The translations under genes were made by a program, and so were the position numbers. A stretch of DNA of 64,000 nt from a virus. Shown here one piece after another: positions 27,533 to 37,772 of this stretch (position 1 is the first letter of the stretch; the number at the start of each line of letters is the position of its first letter). Where the stretch lies: positions 2,600 to 66,599 of IMG/VR virus record IMGVR_UViG_3300036791_000851. The stretch is one strand, 5' to 3'. The notes beneath the pieces were generated by a model that was given only the letters and a program-made list of their open reading frames with translations, was not told where the DNA came from and ran no database searches.

Positions 27533-30500
27533 ATGGCTGACGATCCTTGGGCAGAGTTCAAGCCAGAGTCGCCGTCAGCTTCGGCTGATGATCCTTGGGC
27601 AGAGTTCAAGCCGATTGCGCCTGCGGAGGAGCCAGCGCCAACAACATGGTCCCAGGTACCAGGACAGGCACTGCGACATTTGCCCGCCAGTGCAATGGAA
27701 TTTGGCAAGAGTGTTGCTGCTCCCTTGGGTGATGTGGCCGAGCTAGGCGCACGCGGCATCGATTGGGCAGCGCAGAAGTTTGGTGCAACGCCGCGCGCAC
27801 CACAGCCGATGGAGACGACAGAAGCATTTCGTAATTTGGGATTGGGTTTGCTCGAAAAAACAGGGGTCAAGGCGTCGGCAGGTCATGAGAAATACGCCGA
27901 GGCCGTCGGCCAATTCTTTGCTGATCGATATGGGGGGATAGAAAACGTAAGAAAGACATTGGCCCAAGACCCCGTTGGTTTCGCCGCCGATGTGGCAACC
28001 GTGTTGACGGCCGGAGGCGGTCTTGCAGCTCGCGGCCCTGGCTTGGTTGGCAAGGTTGGCAAAGTAGCTACCGCGGCGGGCCGCGTCGTTGATCCGCTTT
28101 CTGCAGCTGCAAAAGTTGTATCGCCGTTAGCGCGGCCTGCTGCCGAAGTTTTGGGTGTATCAAGCGGTGTTGGTCCAGAGGCGATTCAATTGGCAGGTCG
28201 GGCAGGCTTGGAAGGCGGCGAAGCGGCAAAAGCATTTCGAGAAAACATTCGCAGCGCTGTTCCTACTCAAGAGGTTGTTGCTGATGCTGGGGATGTCGTG
28301 CGTGATTTGCGTGCGAAGCGATCGGCTGCATACGTCCAGGGGATGCAAGATGTTGCGGCGGTTAGAACGCCGCTCGATTTCGACCAGGTTGACCAAGCCC
28401 TGCAAAAGATTACTGACATCCAGACGTTCCATGGACAAGTGCTTTCGCCAGAGACGCAAGGGATTAGAACGAAGATAGGCCAGACTGTTCAGAAATGGAA
28501 AGAGCTTGATCCAGCACTCTTTCACACGCCCGAAGGTCTCGATGCCCTGAAAAAAATAATTGGAGATATCAAAGACAGCACTGATTGGGGTACGCCGCAA
28601 AGAGTGGCGGCGAACCAAGCCTATAATGCAATCCGGCAGACGATAGTTAAGGCAGCGCCAGAGTACGCCAAAACAATGAAAGGATACGAGGAGGCATCGA
28701 ATCAAATAAAAGATTTGGAGCGAGAGCTGTCAATTCCAAATCCTAATCGAGGGAATGTCGACACCGCGTTGCGGAAGTTGCAGTCAGTTTTACGTAACAA
28801 TGTAAACACGGCATACGGGCGTCGTCGCGAGCTGGCGCAATTTCTTGTCGACAACGGGTCACCTGACCTTCTTTACAAGCTTGCTGGTCAACAGCTTCAG
28901 CCAATTGCACCGCGCGGATTAGCACGATTAGGTTCAGCGCTAGGAGCAGAACTTGCGGCAATGCTGGGGATAGGTCTGGGCCACACTGGTCTTGGTCTAT
29001 CAGCAGTTCCTCTGGCCGTTGCAGCATCGCCGCGCGCTATAGGCGAAGCCGCATATTGGGGCGGGACAGGATATCGCGCACTGCATCCAGCAGAATTGCC
29101 GCTTTATCAAACTGGAAGGATCAATGAAGCACAGCCAACACCACGCGCAGCGGGAGGCAATGTTCCGCCGCCTGGCGGCACAGGAGGGCGACCCTACGGA
29201 GAAAGAGCGCTTAATGCGCTGCGCAAAGCACGAGAAAGGAAAAGCAAAGCTGTATCGCATGGTGGAACGCCGCTACGCTACCAGGAAGGCGGCGCCGTAG
29301 ATGATGATTCGCGTTATGATACTAAGCTAGAGCCCGGCAAGGAGACAGCATTCCAGACTTGGAAGCAGAAGTATGCGCCGCAAGACAGCGGTGCTGATTA
29401 CGATCTGCGTGGTGCCTTCAAGGCTGGCCTTAAGCCTGACCCGGTAACCAAGCATTGGCCGGACACCTTCAAGAAGCCGGGTCATCCCACGTTCAGTGTC
29501 GAGAGCCAGTATGCCAAGGACCGGCCAGACCTCGCCGGCCATTGGGGAGGTCCGCAGCATGACCAGTACGTTCCCCCGGGGCGCCAGGAGGGTGGCGAGG
29601 TCAAGGATGAGGCGCCGCCGGAGCCTCCGGTAGACGAGGCCCAGCAGGCCCAGGAAGCCCGTGAGCGGGCCGCGTTGCGCACCCAGCGCAGCGTGCAGGG
29701 GGCCGAGCGCTTCACTGAGGGACCTGGCCGACAGGAAGGTCCGCTGACGTCCTTCGTTGAGAGCGGCTATGGCGTGCCGGCGATTATTCGCGGCGCGAAC
29801 GAAGAGGCCCGGCGTGCGTTCGAAAGCGCCGGCGAGCTCCAGCGCACCGGCGAGTACGATGCAGAGCCAATTGTGAAGCAGACGATCGGTGCGATTGGCG
29901 CGCCAGGTTTAGGTCCAGCTGTGCGTGGTGGCGTTGCCCTCGGTGCCGGCGCTGTGCGCAGAGCTGCAGCTGCTGCACCAGAGGTGCGCGCCGGATTGAC
30001 GGCGGCTGAGCGTGCAGCTCCGTTGCGTGAGGCGCCCTATCCACAGTTCGCCGAGGAGTATCCCGCGACCGGGCCAGGCACGCCGACGCCTAAAACTGAT
30101 CCGAGCTATCCTGGCGAGACCTATCTCAAAAAGACGTTGACACCCGAGGCGCAGGAATTTGAGAAGGTACGCACCAAGATCATCGCAGACATGAGAAAGA
30201 AAGGTTATGAGCCGTACTACGATCCAGCGGAGCGCTATGCTGCCGATCCCAGCAAATATCCTGGCCCCAATGTCGATACGTTGACGCTGACACCGACGAG
30301 GCCGGACACGATCGAGAAATATATGGAACAGATTGGCGCGCCGGCAACACGCCAGGCGCTGCGCAAGGCTTACAAGAATGGCCTGCAGCTGGGCAACGCC
30401 CACGATTGGTACTTCATGGGCCAGTTGGAAGCCGACTTCATTAAGGAGCTGGGACCAGAGGCGGGTCGCGAAGCTTTCCTGAACCGCTTCGCTACCCCGA

Positions 30501-31129
30501 TGGCCGCGACCACGTCAGGCAACCAGCCGACGGCCAATCTGTTGATGGGGCATTATCTGAACTACCTGCGCAACCGCGGCTTGCCGTTTCCAGTTGGGTC
30601 CTCCGAAATGCCGGTGACGGTTGGCGGTCGCTTCGGCATGACCAACGTGCGCGATTACGGGAAGATCATGGGCGGTGGTGGCTATGAGGCGCTCGGTGCT
30701 GATCAACCGAAGATGCATAACTTCGCGCGCTCGTTCGTTGGTGATCTGTTGCGTGCGGTGATGGATGAGCAAATGGCCGAAGGCATGCTTGCACACGCCG
30801 GTAAGAAAAGCCTCGCCGATCCGGCGCGCAAGACTGCGTATGGATTGCTTGAGCAGCCCTTGCATAAAGAAGCAGCGCGCATCGGTGTCAAGCCTGGAGC
30901 ATTTCAGGATGTTGCATGGGCCGGCTTCAAGAACGAACGCGGCAAGCCGATGATCGAGCACGTCAACGATGCCATCGAGCGCACGCACCGGCTCACGGGC
31001 ACGCCGCGGGACGAGATCGTGCGGCACGGATTGATCCGGGGTGAGATACCGCTTTACACCACGGGTGCGATGCCCCTGCCGTCTCTCCCTAGCGAGCAAG
31101 AAAAAACGGCAGGCCTTGGCCCACCGTAG
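27533..31129 (+). CDS. Large ejection/polyvalent protein with C-terminal DUF7178-like cargo domain
   Basis: Duplicated ADDPWAEFKP N-terminus; DWY..AATT..N..PK..NF...VMD..M...Y..L....AA..G..P..FQ.VAW. Confidence 0.7.
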   Translation: MADDPWAEFKPESPSASADDPWAEFKPIAPAEEPAPTTWSQVPGQALRHLPASAMEFGKSVAAPLGDVAELGARGIDWAAQKFGATPRAPQPMETTEAFRNLGLGLLEKTGVKASAGHEKYAEAVGQFFADRYGGIENVRKTLAQDPVGFAADVATVLTAGGGLAARGPGLVGKVGKVATAAGRVVDPLSAAAKVVSPLARPAAEVLGVSSGVGPEAIQLAGRAGLEGGEAAKAFRENIRSAVPTQEVVADAGDVVRDLRAKRSAAYVQGMQDVAAVRTPLDFDQVDQALQKITDIQTFHGQVLSPETQGIRTKIGQTVQKWKELDPALFHTPEGLDALKKIIGDIKDSTDWGTPQRVAANQAYNAIRQTIVKAAPEYAKTMKGYEEASNQIKDLERELSIPNPNRGNVDTALRKLQSVLRNNVNTAYGRRRELAQFLVDNGSPDLLYKLAGQQLQPIAPRGLARLGSALGAELAAMLGIGLGHTGLGLSAVPLAVAASPRAIGEAAYWGGTGYRALHPAELPLYQTGRINEAQPTPRAAGGNVPPPGGTGGRPYGERALNALRKARERKSKAVSHGGTPLRYQEGGAVDDDSRYDTKLEPGKETAFQTWKQKYAPQDSGADYDLRGAFKAGLKPDPVTKHWPDTFKKPGHPTFSVESQYAKDRPDLAGHWGGPQHDQYVPPGRQEGGEVKDEAPPEPPVDEAQQAQEARERAALRTQRSVQGAERFTEGPGRQEGPLTSFVESGYGVPAIIRGANEEARRAFESAGELQRTGEYDAEPIVKQTIGAIGAPGLGPAVRGGVALGAGAVRRAAAAAPEVRAGLTAAERAAPLREAPYPQFAEEYPATGPGTPTPKTDPSYPGETYLKKTLTPEAQEFEKVRTKIIADMRKKGYEPYYDPAERYAADPSKYPGPNVDTLTLTPTRPDTIEKYMEQIGAPATRQALRKAYKNGLQLGNAHDWYFMGQLEADFIKELGPEAGREAFLNRFATPMAATTSGNQPTANLLMGHYLNYLRNRGLPFPVGSSEMPVTVGGRFGMTNVRDYGKIMGGGGYEALGADQPKMHNFARSFVGDLLRAVMDEQMAEGMLAHAGKKSLADPARKTAYGLLEQPLHKEAARIGVKPGAFQDVAWAGFKNERGKPMIEHVNDAIERTHRLTGTPRDEIVRHGLIRGEIPLYTTGAMPLPSLPSEQEKTAGLGPP

Positions 31130-31250
31130 GGAGGATAGCATGCTGTGTGGGATGCTCGCTGCGCGGTGGCGCTTTCAGCCCACCCTCGCGGGACGAACCA
31201 TGCTTCCGCCCGTTAATATATACATGTATAGCAGGGAAGTCTAGACCCCA

Positions 31251-31367
31251 ATGCGCTGGCCACAAGACAGCGAAAAGCGTGCGATCTATACGTTCCTGGT
31301 TATCGTCGCGGTGCTGATCGTCATGATGATTTATGGCTGTGTGACCGATGTCCAAGCTCCAGCGTGA
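31251..31367 (+). CDS. Small single-TM protein (38 aa)
   Basis: MRWPQDSEKRAIYTFLVIVAVLIVMMIYGC... Confidence 0.45.
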   Translation: MRWPQDSEKRAIYTFLVIVAVLIVMMIYGCVTDVQAPA

Positions 31368-31387
31368 TCGAAATAGGGAGGCGTTTC

Positions 31388-31822
31388 ATGAGCGGTTCGG
31401 GTCTCGTGCAGTTCCTGGTGAACATCATCGCGTTGCTGGCAGCAGGCGGCATCTTCTTCATCTCGATTGATAAGGTCGCGCCCGACGCATTCTTTGCCAA
31501 GGTCGCCAAGATCGCCGTCGGGGCGCTGCTCTTGATCGCGGTGATCGTTACCATCGCTGCGGTATTCGGGTTGGCATCCGGGGTGACTGTCTCACCCATC
31601 GGTGTCATCTGGTTTGCGATCGCGGTGATCGTCGCTGTCGTTGTGCTTTATGTGATCAATCTGATTGTCGACTGGATCGTTGGTCAAATGGGCGGGGGTC
31701 CATGGGCAGGTATCGTCAAGTATGTGCTCGGAGCCATCGTGCTGATCGGCCTGCTGGTTGCTGCGGCAAACCTGCTATTCGGCTATCATATCGGCGGTCT
31801 GCACGTGCCAGAGGTTCGATGA
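31388..31822 (+). CDS. Holin-like multi-pass membrane protein
   Basis: Four hydrophobic segments; GGGAGG RBS; upstream of the endolysin. Confidence 0.6.
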   Translation: MSGSGLVQFLVNIIALLAAGGIFFISIDKVAPDAFFAKVAKIAVGALLLIAVIVTIAAVFGLASGVTVSPIGVIWFAIAVIVAVVVLYVINLIVDWIVGQMGGGPWAGIVKYVLGAIVLIGLLVAAANLLFGYHIGGLHVPEVR

Positions 31823-31998
31823 GGTTACCTGTGAAGAGGAGCGCGCGCCGGCCGTGTCCGCCGGCAACCCAGTGAGGTACCCGCGCTGACGGCCATCGTC
31901 AGCACCTTCGCACGAAGAGAGAGAGCGGGGCGCCGGTTCTCAACCCTTTCCCGGCGCCCCTGTTATCATGCGAGGGCTGATTCGGGGGCTCGCCCGAG

Positions 31999-32379
31999 AT
32001 GAAATGGCTGAACCACGACAAGACTGAGACCTGGATCATCTATTTCGTTCTCGTCGTGGTGATCCTGATGATGCTTGCCGCGGTCGGGTACATATCGGGA
32101 CGCTGGTACATCGAGCCGAGCACAGCCGCGCCACAGGCTCAGATCGATCTCTATGGTGACGTACCGCTTGATGCGGTCTTGCTGCCTATCGACCGCGCGG
32201 CGCTTACTGAGGCATACCGCGGCCATTTAATCCGGTTGTGGAATGTCTGGCTGACCGATGGCGCAAAAGACGCATCGCGTTTTCGCAATGGACTGAAGAT
32301 CGCTCGCGGAGCTTACCACCAGGCAGCAGAGGCGATTGCTAAGCGCGAGGAGGTAGAACGGCAGGAGAACAAGCCATGA
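31999..32379 (+). CDS. N-terminally membrane-anchored lysis-region protein
   Basis: One TM helix then a helical domain; ATGA coupling to the endolysin. Confidence 0.55.
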   Translation: MKWLNHDKTETWIIYFVLVVVILMMLAAVGYISGRWYIEPSTAAPQAQIDLYGDVPLDAVLLPIDRAALTEAYRGHLIRLWNVWLTDGAKDASRFRNGLKIARGAYHQAAEAIAKREEVERQENKP

Positions 32380-33929
32380 GAATCGCAATCTCAGCAGGCC
32401 ATGGTTCCAAAATTGCAGGTGCCGCAGGTCCTGAACCATGGGGCCTCATAGAGTACGATGAGAACGTCCGGGTCATGAACCGGACCGCTGAGTATCTGCG
32501 CGCTGCCGGCGTCCCGACTGAAACGTACACGGACACGATTTCTACGGATCAAGATTCCAACCTCAAGCTGCTGACCGATTGGCACAACAATGTCGCGTTC
32601 GAGGGTGTCGGCGGCGACGATAGGTTGGACGTCTCGATTCACTTCAACCATGATGGCGATACCACGGGCGGGCGCGGCACTGAATGCTGGTATTGCTCTC
32701 AGAGCACATTGGCTGCGGCGGTGTCGGAGGCGATTGCAGATGCCGGCCATCTGCAAGACCGGGGCGCAAAAAAATCGACCGGATATTATTTTCTCAATCA
32801 TACCTATGCCGCGAGCCTGATTGTGGAATGTTGTTTCGTGAATGCCAAATTGGACTGCGATCTGTTCCGCCAAAACTTCGATGCCATTTGTGGGGCCCTT
32901 GCCGCAGTGCTATCTGGCGAGCCCATCGAACTTCCCCCGATGCCTCCCATCGACGTCGAGCACCCAATTCTGGAGGAAGGCGACAAGGGGCCAGCCGTGG
33001 CTGAGGTGCAGCGCATCCTCGGGCTGGTGCCGCCCGATGGCGATTTCGGACCCGCAACAACGGCCTGGGTCAGATCATTCCAAGCGGCAGCTGGGCTCTC
33101 CGATGTTGATATTGACGGTGTGGTCGGCCCGGCTACGTGGAACGCGCTTACCGATCTCGACGCCAAGATGCGACGAGGCAATGACGGCATCAGCGACCAG
33201 CTTGCCCAGCAGATTGACCAGCTGTGCGCCGCTTCGCCGCTGAATGACTACTCGTGGATAGATCGAGGCACCTTGCCTGCTGGTATCTACGCCGGCCTAG
33301 CGAAGACGTATGCAATGGTGCTGCAGAATGAAGAGCCGGCGATCGCCAACGCTGTTATGGTCATGGAGCGTGCGAGCAAGGGCGACGAAGAGCACGATGC
33401 GCTCGCCTTGTACGAGGACGCATTCGAGGAGATGGATATCGATGTCCAGGAGGGCGGCATCGAGACGTTGCGGGCGCTGTTCATCATGATGATCGGATTA
33501 GCAGCACGCGAGTCGTCTGGTGACCACTGGTGCGGCCGAGACACCTCGGCCTCAAACGTCGAAAGCACGACAGCTGAAGCCGGTTTCGTGCAGACGAGCT
33601 ATAATATCTCCAGCTTTTCCTCGACCATCCCGCCGTTGCTCAAAGTCTATTGGGATGATCCCAACGGCTTTCTCCCGACCTTCGATCGCGGTTGCCCTTC
33701 GCCGTCAGCGGACGATCTCAGCAGCTACGGACGGGGAGACGGCGCGCGCTACCAATTCCTAGCGCGCTTCAGCCCTGCCATGCATGCCCTGATCAGCGGG
33801 GTTGGCATGCGGCTGGGATGCAAACACTGGGGGCCTATTCAAAGGGGGGAAGTGGACCTTGTTCCAGAGGTGGAGCAGCTTCTCCTGGCGGTCGAGCAGC
33901 TGGTGGACGATCAGAAGGCCGGGGCCTAG
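32376..33929 (+). CDS. Modular endolysin: Amidase_3 + peptidoglycan-binding domain + C-terminal domain
   Basis: ISAGHG..E..SIHFN...IVECCF (Zn amidase); VAEVQ..LG...DGDFGP.T...VR.FQ...GL..DGVVGP.TW. Confidence 0.9.
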   Translation: MRIAISAGHGSKIAGAAGPEPWGLIEYDENVRVMNRTAEYLRAAGVPTETYTDTISTDQDSNLKLLTDWHNNVAFEGVGGDDRLDVSIHFNHDGDTTGGRGTECWYCSQSTLAAAVSEAIADAGHLQDRGAKKSTGYYFLNHTYAASLIVECCFVNAKLDCDLFRQNFDAICGALAAVLSGEPIELPPMPPIDVEHPILEEGDKGPAVAEVQRILGLVPPDGDFGPATTAWVRSFQAAAGLSDVDIDGVVGPATWNALTDLDAKMRRGNDGISDQLAQQIDQLCAASPLNDYSWIDRGTLPAGIYAGLAKTYAMVLQNEEPAIANAVMVMERASKGDEEHDALALYEDAFEEMDIDVQEGGIETLRALFIMMIGLAARESSGDHWCGRDTSASNVESTTAEAGFVQTSYNISSFSSTIPPLLKVYWDDPNGFLPTFDRGCPSPSADDLSSYGRGDGARYQFLARFSPAMHALISGVGMRLGCKHWGPIQRGEVDLVPEVEQLLLAVEQLVDDQKAGA

Positions 33930-34293
33930 TCGGTGCGACCATCCACCCTGGTGGCCGAGGGATAGTCTTCTTCTGCGGCCGCCAGAGATGCAGACAATAC
34001 GGATGCACGTTGACGTGCTCAGTCGGCGGGACATGGAGCTGCATCACTGTCTCGTCATCTTTGAAGAACAGACGTTTGATGTGCTCCATCTCCGGCCAGT
34101 TTGGACAGCGGTTTGCACGGGATACCGAGACGTGATCCCAGCCGCCCCCATCCGATGCGACGACCGTAAGCAGCCCTTTGTCAATCGATGAGGGCACGTT
34201 GAACACGCCGCAGCCATAGTCGCCTGGATGACCGTAAACACGGTGAGCGGCATCGCGGTCGCGATATAGATCAAGCAGGTTCAGGTTTCTCAT
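33835..34293 (-). CDS. Conserved phage protein (DUF7694-like)
   Basis: GWDHVSVS...RCP.W.EM..IK.LFF..E..MQ.H.P...VN.HP.CLHLW. Confidence 0.75.
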   Translation of the reverse strand: MRNLNLLDLYRDRDAAHRVYGHPGDYGCGVFNVPSSIDKGLLTVVASDGGGWDHVSVSRANRCPNWPEMEHIKRLFFKDDETVMQLHVPPTEHVNVHPYCLHLWRPQKKTIPRPPGWMVAPTRPRPSDRPPAARPPGEAAPPLEQGPLPPFE

Positions 34294-34362
34294 AGAAATA
34301 TGATTACAAGCATTGCGAACGTGGTTGCGATCACTAGCGCGAGCCCGACTACGCCGGCCATG

Positions 34363-34815
34363 TCATCCCGATCGGCGAACATCTAGCATCTCCTCAACCT
34401 CGCGTGTCAGATCGTTGCGATTCATCCCAGGCAGAATATCAGCGCAGATAACGTCTTTGATTCTCTCCGTCAGAAGGCGGAGTTGCTCACCGTCGATTCG
34501 CGTTATCGATCTAACGGCTGGCTCCATCTGTTTCGTCTCCGGATTACGAACCGCCTTGGTGAAATTAACGCGCTTCTTCAAGGCTATCATCGCACGGTGA
34601 TGATCAATCCAGTAATCGGTGTTCTGCCAGGTCTTGTAGACGAGGCCCCACAAGAACCGCTGCGCCTCAAGGGTTTTCGGCTGGTAGCCTTTGAAGAACA
34701 CCTCGCCCAGACTGAACAAGCGGAGGTCCTCTTCAGCCATCTCGTTGTCGGCGAACAATCCCAACTCGCCCTTGTAGAGCGATCGACGTTTTGTCAGGAA
34801 GGTTTCGATAGCCAT
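34363..34815 (-). CDS. NinB/DUF1367-like recombination-associated protein
   Basis: Next to ERF; Q.F.W.L...RSI....D...R pattern. Confidence 0.5.
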   Translation of the reverse strand: MAIETFLTKRRSLYKGELGLFADNEMAEEDLRLFSLGEVFFKGYQPKTLEAQRFLWGLVYKTWQNTDYWIDHHRAMIALKKRVNFTKAVRNPETKQMEPAVRSITRIDGEQLRLLTERIKDVICADILPGMNRNDLTREVEEMLDVRRSG

Positions 34816-34818
34816 GAG

Positions 34819-35916
34819 TCATGCTGCCTCCGGCTCTGGCGCTGGTGGGTTTAGCCGGCGTTCAGCACGGGCAAATTCATCCAGCAACATGCTCCAGTCG
34901 ACGGGATCAAACTGCTTTTCAAGTGGCGCAACCATTTCGTTCCAGAACGCCTCGGCCGCGTCGTACGTGCTCATGGCCTGCAGCTGGGCGGCGATCCAGT
35001 TCATACTGTCCTGCGGGTCCACCTTCGGATCGGGCATGCCGTCAGGCGTGGTCTTGACTAGGTCTGACAGCCGGCGTTCAACCGCGACCCTGATCCTGTC
35101 GTATAGCTCTGAGCGTGTGTCGCTCATTTTCTGCAGGATGGAATCATTGAGCTTATCCCATTGCTCGATCTCTTCTTGCGATTGGGCAGTTCCGATCGCT
35201 CGGATATAGGCAGACGCATAGTCGTCGGCGTCATGTCCGGGGCCCAGCATCAACTTGTGCGGCTCCTTGGGCTGAGAGGTGGCCATTTTCCCCAGGGCCG
35301 CCGTGGGTTGGGTTGGCTGTGCCGGTTGTTGTGGCCCCGGCACGGGACCGCGCGTTTTACGTTGATTCGCGTCCTCGTCCTCATCCACATCGGGGAAGTC
35401 GCCTGCCGGAATCTGAAACAGGCTGGAGACAAAATACTTCCTCGCGGCCGTGTGACATTTGTTGATGGCTTTGTCGTCGATGTTCCCCTTGCTGTCACGC
35501 GCCATCGCCATGCCTGTGCCCCGCATCGGAGGCCAGATTTCGCCGCTCTCGTGAATGAGGTGAAATTCGTAGACCACACCAACGCGGTTATTCTCGATCT
35601 GCTTGATTTCAATCTCGTTCTGAATAATTGCCAACCCGGCTTGTCCCATCAACGGCGTCACCGCATTCAAAACGTCTTCCATCAGAACGTAGTGGTAGTT
35701 GTGGAATTTGTTTAAGCCGCGCTTGGGAATCGTGCCGACTTGTTTCATCACGCTGGCAACTGCCTTGGCGAGGTTGCCGACAGGGCCAATTTGGAAGAGC
35801 GTCGGCCGTCCGTTTTCCCTGATCGGCACAGCTGCGCTGGGAAGACCAGGAGGGCCTCCGGAACCGGGCGGTCCCGGCACCATGGGCAAGCGGCGGGGCT
35901 TGATATCGTCATTCAT
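34819..35916 (-). CDS. erf: ERF-family ssDNA-annealing recombinase
   Basis: I.K.G.N.F..Y.Y...EDV...V.P.....GL..H.SGE...DK...K..T.ARKY....F.IP.GD. Confidence 0.85.
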   Translation of the reverse strand: MNDDIKPRRLPMVPGPPGSGGPPGLPSAAVPIRENGRPTLFQIGPVGNLAKAVASVMKQVGTIPKRGLNKFHNYHYVLMEDVLNAVTPLMGQAGLAIIQNEIEIKQIENNRVGVVYEFHLIHESGEIWPPMRGTGMAMARDSKGNIDDKAINKCHTAARKYFVSSLFQIPAGDFPDVDEDEDANQRKTRGPVPGPQQPAQPTQPTAALGKMATSQPKEPHKLMLGPGHDADDYASAYIRAIGTAQSQEEIEQWDKLNDSILQKMSDTRSELYDRIRVAVERRLSDLVKTTPDGMPDPKVDPQDSMNWIAAQLQAMSTYDAAEAFWNEMVAPLEKQFDPVDWSMLLDEFARAERRLNPPAPEPEAA

Positions 35917-36295
35917 TGGTCGTGTTTCCTTTTTTGTCGGCTTTCCATTCCGCGATCACTTTGTCTATGTGTGACTTCCACGCATTTGCAGATTGGTAAT
36001 TTTCCAGGGTTACGTTTTCCAACGGCACAATAAATTCTTGCTGGTAGTTGATATCGCTGATTTCCAATCCATTTTCTCGCAATTCCCAATTTGCATCGTT
36101 GATATAACTTTCGATGGCCTCCTTCACGATTTTGCGAACGACCTCTTCAAAGCCTTCGTTATCGATTTCAATCTCGATGCTATAGTTGGTTTTCTCAACC
36201 GTGACTTTTTCCCACAGACGTTCAACCCAATCGCCCAATCCCCAATCCGAGACATCGATCGTGAACCGCGTCCTTGATGTTATTTCTTTGCTCAT
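35909..36295 (-). CDS. Hypothetical protein (AT-rich)
   Basis: Starts MSKEITS, coupled to the upstream stop. Confidence 0.6.
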   Translation of the reverse strand: MSKEITSRTRFTIDVSDWGLGDWVERLWEKVTVEKTNYSIEIEIDNEGFEEVVRKIVKEAIESYINDANWELRENGLEISDINYQQEFIVPLENVTLENYQSANAWKSHIDKVIAEWKADKKGNTTNE

Positions 36296-37233
36296 ACAGC
36301 CTGGCTCTCCTCCAGCACCTTGGCACCCGGCACTGTAATGCCGGCACGGACTGCCCGATTGGCCAGGTCTTGCACGGTTGCTTTCACATCGGGGCTCTCG
36401 GCGAAGTACGCGAGGCACTTGTCGTAGTCATAGATTTCAGCGCGCTTGAGCGACTTGAGGCTCATCGCACGACCGCGGGTGCCCGCTCGGGGCCGTTTCA
36501 TTTCGATCGGAGCACCCGCGGCCGCGGCCGCCTCGGCCTCTTTTTTGCGCTCGTCATCGAGTCGCTTAAGCCAAGGCGTAAGCAGCTTGTATTTGAGATT
36601 GCGATAGGTCTCTGTTTTCAGAAGCCATGGTGCCCACTTCTTCTGGATGAGCTTGGCAGCTTCATCGTGCGGTTTTTTCTCATGTGCGCGAGTACCGTCC
36701 GCGATCTTATTGAGCTGCTGCAAGGCGTCGGCAAGATTCGCGATCCGATCAGCTTCGTCCTGATCCGCAATCGGCGGTCCCTCAATACGTCTTTCAGCCT
36801 CGCGTGCGAGGTTATTAATCTGGTCATGCAGCTGTTCGAGCAGCTCGGTATCATCCGGCTGAATGTACTCTATCTTTTCCCAATCGATGTCGGGTGGTCT
36901 GTTGTGCCCCATCGGTACCAGCTCATGCTCGTCTGGCCACAGCGCGCCCTTCTCGGCTACGTCGTTGAAAGCCTCGAAGGTGACAGGGTTGTTGTGGACA
37001 TGGTTCCACATTCTCGTTGCCCTGATCGAGTCACCACTGATGTCCTCATCGCCAATGCGGCAGCGCATCTCACCGGTATCGGCATCAGGATAATATGCGA
37101 CAGGTGTGAATGTTTTACGCCCACCATAGACCGCCTTGTAGGACTGACGGTAAAATCCCCAGCGTGGCGAATCCGGGTTCGCCTCCACCGGCTTGCCGGC
37201 AAGCTTGTCCATCCACCAAGACCAATCATCCAT
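36292..37233 (-). CDS. Conserved coiled-coil phage protein of the recombination module
   Basis: GHN.PP; R..EKKPH.EA...I...W; G.TVPG C-terminus. Confidence 0.65.
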   Translation of the reverse strand: MDDWSWWMDKLAGKPVEANPDSPRWGFYRQSYKAVYGGRKTFTPVAYYPDADTGEMRCRIGDEDISGDSIRATRMWNHVHNNPVTFEAFNDVAEKGALWPDEHELVPMGHNRPPDIDWEKIEYIQPDDTELLEQLHDQINNLAREAERRIEGPPIADQDEADRIANLADALQQLNKIADGTRAHEKKPHDEAAKLIQKKWAPWLLKTETYRNLKYKLLTPWLKRLDDERKKEAEAAAAAGAPIEMKRPRAGTRGRAMSLKSLKRAEIYDYDKCLAYFAESPDVKATVQDLANRAVRAGITVPGAKVLEESQAV

Positions 37234-37286
37234 TGGTTTGCTCGTCTTTCTTTTCGGGCTCTGGTGCCGCTCTTTCTGGGTGTGCC

Positions 37287-37772
37287 TTACGTAGTGCGTC
37301 CAGCATGTCGCCCTTGTCGACCGGCCGGCCGTCGGCGAGATCGAGCTTTTCGTTTTTGCCGGAATACCCCTTTTTTGCGGTCATGTTTGCGCACCTTCTT
37401 TTTGGTGTACGCTACAAGCTCCTTCATCAGTTCAACCTGGGCATGCCCGACCTCGCTCACGACCACACCGTGACGAACGGTGCTGTTGCGGATGATTTCG
37501 AGATCGCGGGCGTTCTGGTGCTTGAGATCACCTATAAATTCGCGAATCCGACTGACATGCCCGCAGCAGCTTTGCGTCCAGTCACGCATTTCCGTTAGCA
37601 GCAGATTCATATGCTTGAGCTGTGAGCGGATATCCATCAGCACTGCGACGGTGGCTTCTGCGGCGCTCGGCTCTGAGCAGATTTCCCACTGAGCATCACG
37701 GAAGCGCTGCTGAAGCCCTTCGAGCCTTTTCTCTTCTCTTTCCATCTGCTCTGCGGTAACCATTTTTCTCAT
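37287..37772 (-). CDS. Hypothetical protein with basic C-terminus
   Basis: ATGA coupling with the HNH-like gene. Confidence 0.55.
   Translation of the reverse strand: MRKMVTAEQMEREEKRLEGLQQRFRDAQWEICSEPSAAEATVAVLMDIRSQLKHMNLLLTEMRDWTQSCCGHVSRIREFIGDLKHQNARDLEIIRNSTVRHGVVVSEVGHAQVELMKELVAYTKKKVRKHDRKKGVFRQKRKARSRRRPAGRQGRHAGRTT

Noticed and set aside
36274-37473. 399-aa plus-strand ORF and similar long antisense ORFs (9396-10355, 55237-56277, 57340-58440)
   Set aside because: Shadow frames of real genes in high-GC DNA, with no recognisable motifs
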